Of a DNA stretch of 64,000 nt, positions 63,676 through 64,000 are shown in pieces (within the stretch, counting starts at the first letter, position 1; the number at the start of each line of letters is the position of its first letter). Under the pieces are notes generated by a model. The model worked only from the letters and a program-made list of their open reading frames with translations. It was not told the DNA's origin and made no database searches. The DNA lies in contig JAITGM010000035.1 of NCBI GenBank assembly GCA_031280685.1, positions 107,282-171,281 on the forward strand, read 5' to 3'. The translations under genes were made by a program, and so were the position numbers. Origin of the DNA: Christensenellaceae bacterium (lineage in GTDB: Bacteria > Bacillota > Clostridia > Christensenellales > UBA1750).

Positions 63676-64000
63676 ATGGAACTCACTGCTCTGGATGCGT
63701 TATGGGCAAAGACAGCGGATGGTCGCCGCGAGGCACTCTCTCTGCTTGATCATATGCGCGAGACGGGCGAAGTTGCCCAAAAGATGTGGCGGGAATGGCT
63801 GCCTATTGGCCTAAAAAGCTTTCTTGCACGCCTATCGGGCATTGAAACAGCCGAAAAGCTCTTTTTTTTCCTAGCCTTTTGCCACGACCTCGGCAAGGCT
63901 TCGCCCCCGTTTCAACTTAAAAAGGCTCCTAATATTGATCCTGAGCTGCGCGAGCGGGTGCTCGACGCCGGCTTTTCAGATCCTATTTTGGAAGATGCCG
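63676..64000 (+). CDS. cas3: CRISPR-associated Cas3, N-terminal HD nuclease domain (gene continues beyond the right edge)
   Basis: Own translation: MELTALDALWAKTADGRREALSLLDHMRETGEVAQKMWREWLP...AEKLFFFLAFCHDLGKASPPFQLKK. The W-A-K-T ... L-x-x-H ... hydrophobic-HD-x-GK ... FQ layout is typical of Cas3 HD domains. Not in the ORF track (no stop in window). Confidence 0.7.
   Translation, partial: MELTALDALWAKTADGRREALSLLDHMRETGEVAQKMWREWLPIGLKSFLARLSGIETAEKLFFFLAFCHDLGKASPPFQLKKAPNIDPELRERVLDAGFSDPILEDA

Overview
This is a 64-kb stretch of a high-GC, spore-forming Firmicutes/Clostridia-type chromosome (alpha/beta SASP, spmAB, ctsR-mcsAB-clpC, tRNAs with encoded CCA). It holds about 60 genes, mostly core housekeeping. 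From left to right: a partial cca, hsp20, an araM-like/araB/rpiB sugar module, metA, the class III heat-shock operon, an Amt-PII fusion, and dxs-tlyA-nadK-argR-recN. These are followed by a U32 peptidase, mutS2, an OmpR-type two-component system with htrA, spmAB, tyrA, rarA, cysK/cymR/trans-sulfuration genes, murG, pgsA and an LCP protein. The right end carries a five-tRNA cluster (Val-Asp-Phe-Gly-Cys) and, at the edge, the HD-domain N-terminus of a cas3 gene. I saw no transposase, integrase, prophage or CRISPR array.

The most notable element is an ORF-free, heavily self-complementary transcription unit of about 630 nt (15372-15998) with its own near-consensus promoter. It sits directly upstream of a small multi-TM protein and dxs-tlyA-nadK-argR-recN. 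That is the signature context of OLE RNA and its partner OapA, a described but functionally enigmatic RNP rather than a new class.

Other points:
- Seven small accessory genes are frameshifted or decayed, while every large core gene is intact.
- A terminator hairpin sits inside the amt leader.
- CtsR-box-like repeats overlie the hsp20 promoter.
- An N-terminal AraC HTH is fused to an APH-type kinase domain, next to an APH remnant.
- The cysK/cymR divergent region carries shared palindromes.

I did not find a convincing, wholly new multi-gene system. All calls rest on my own reading of translations and motifs; no searches were run.
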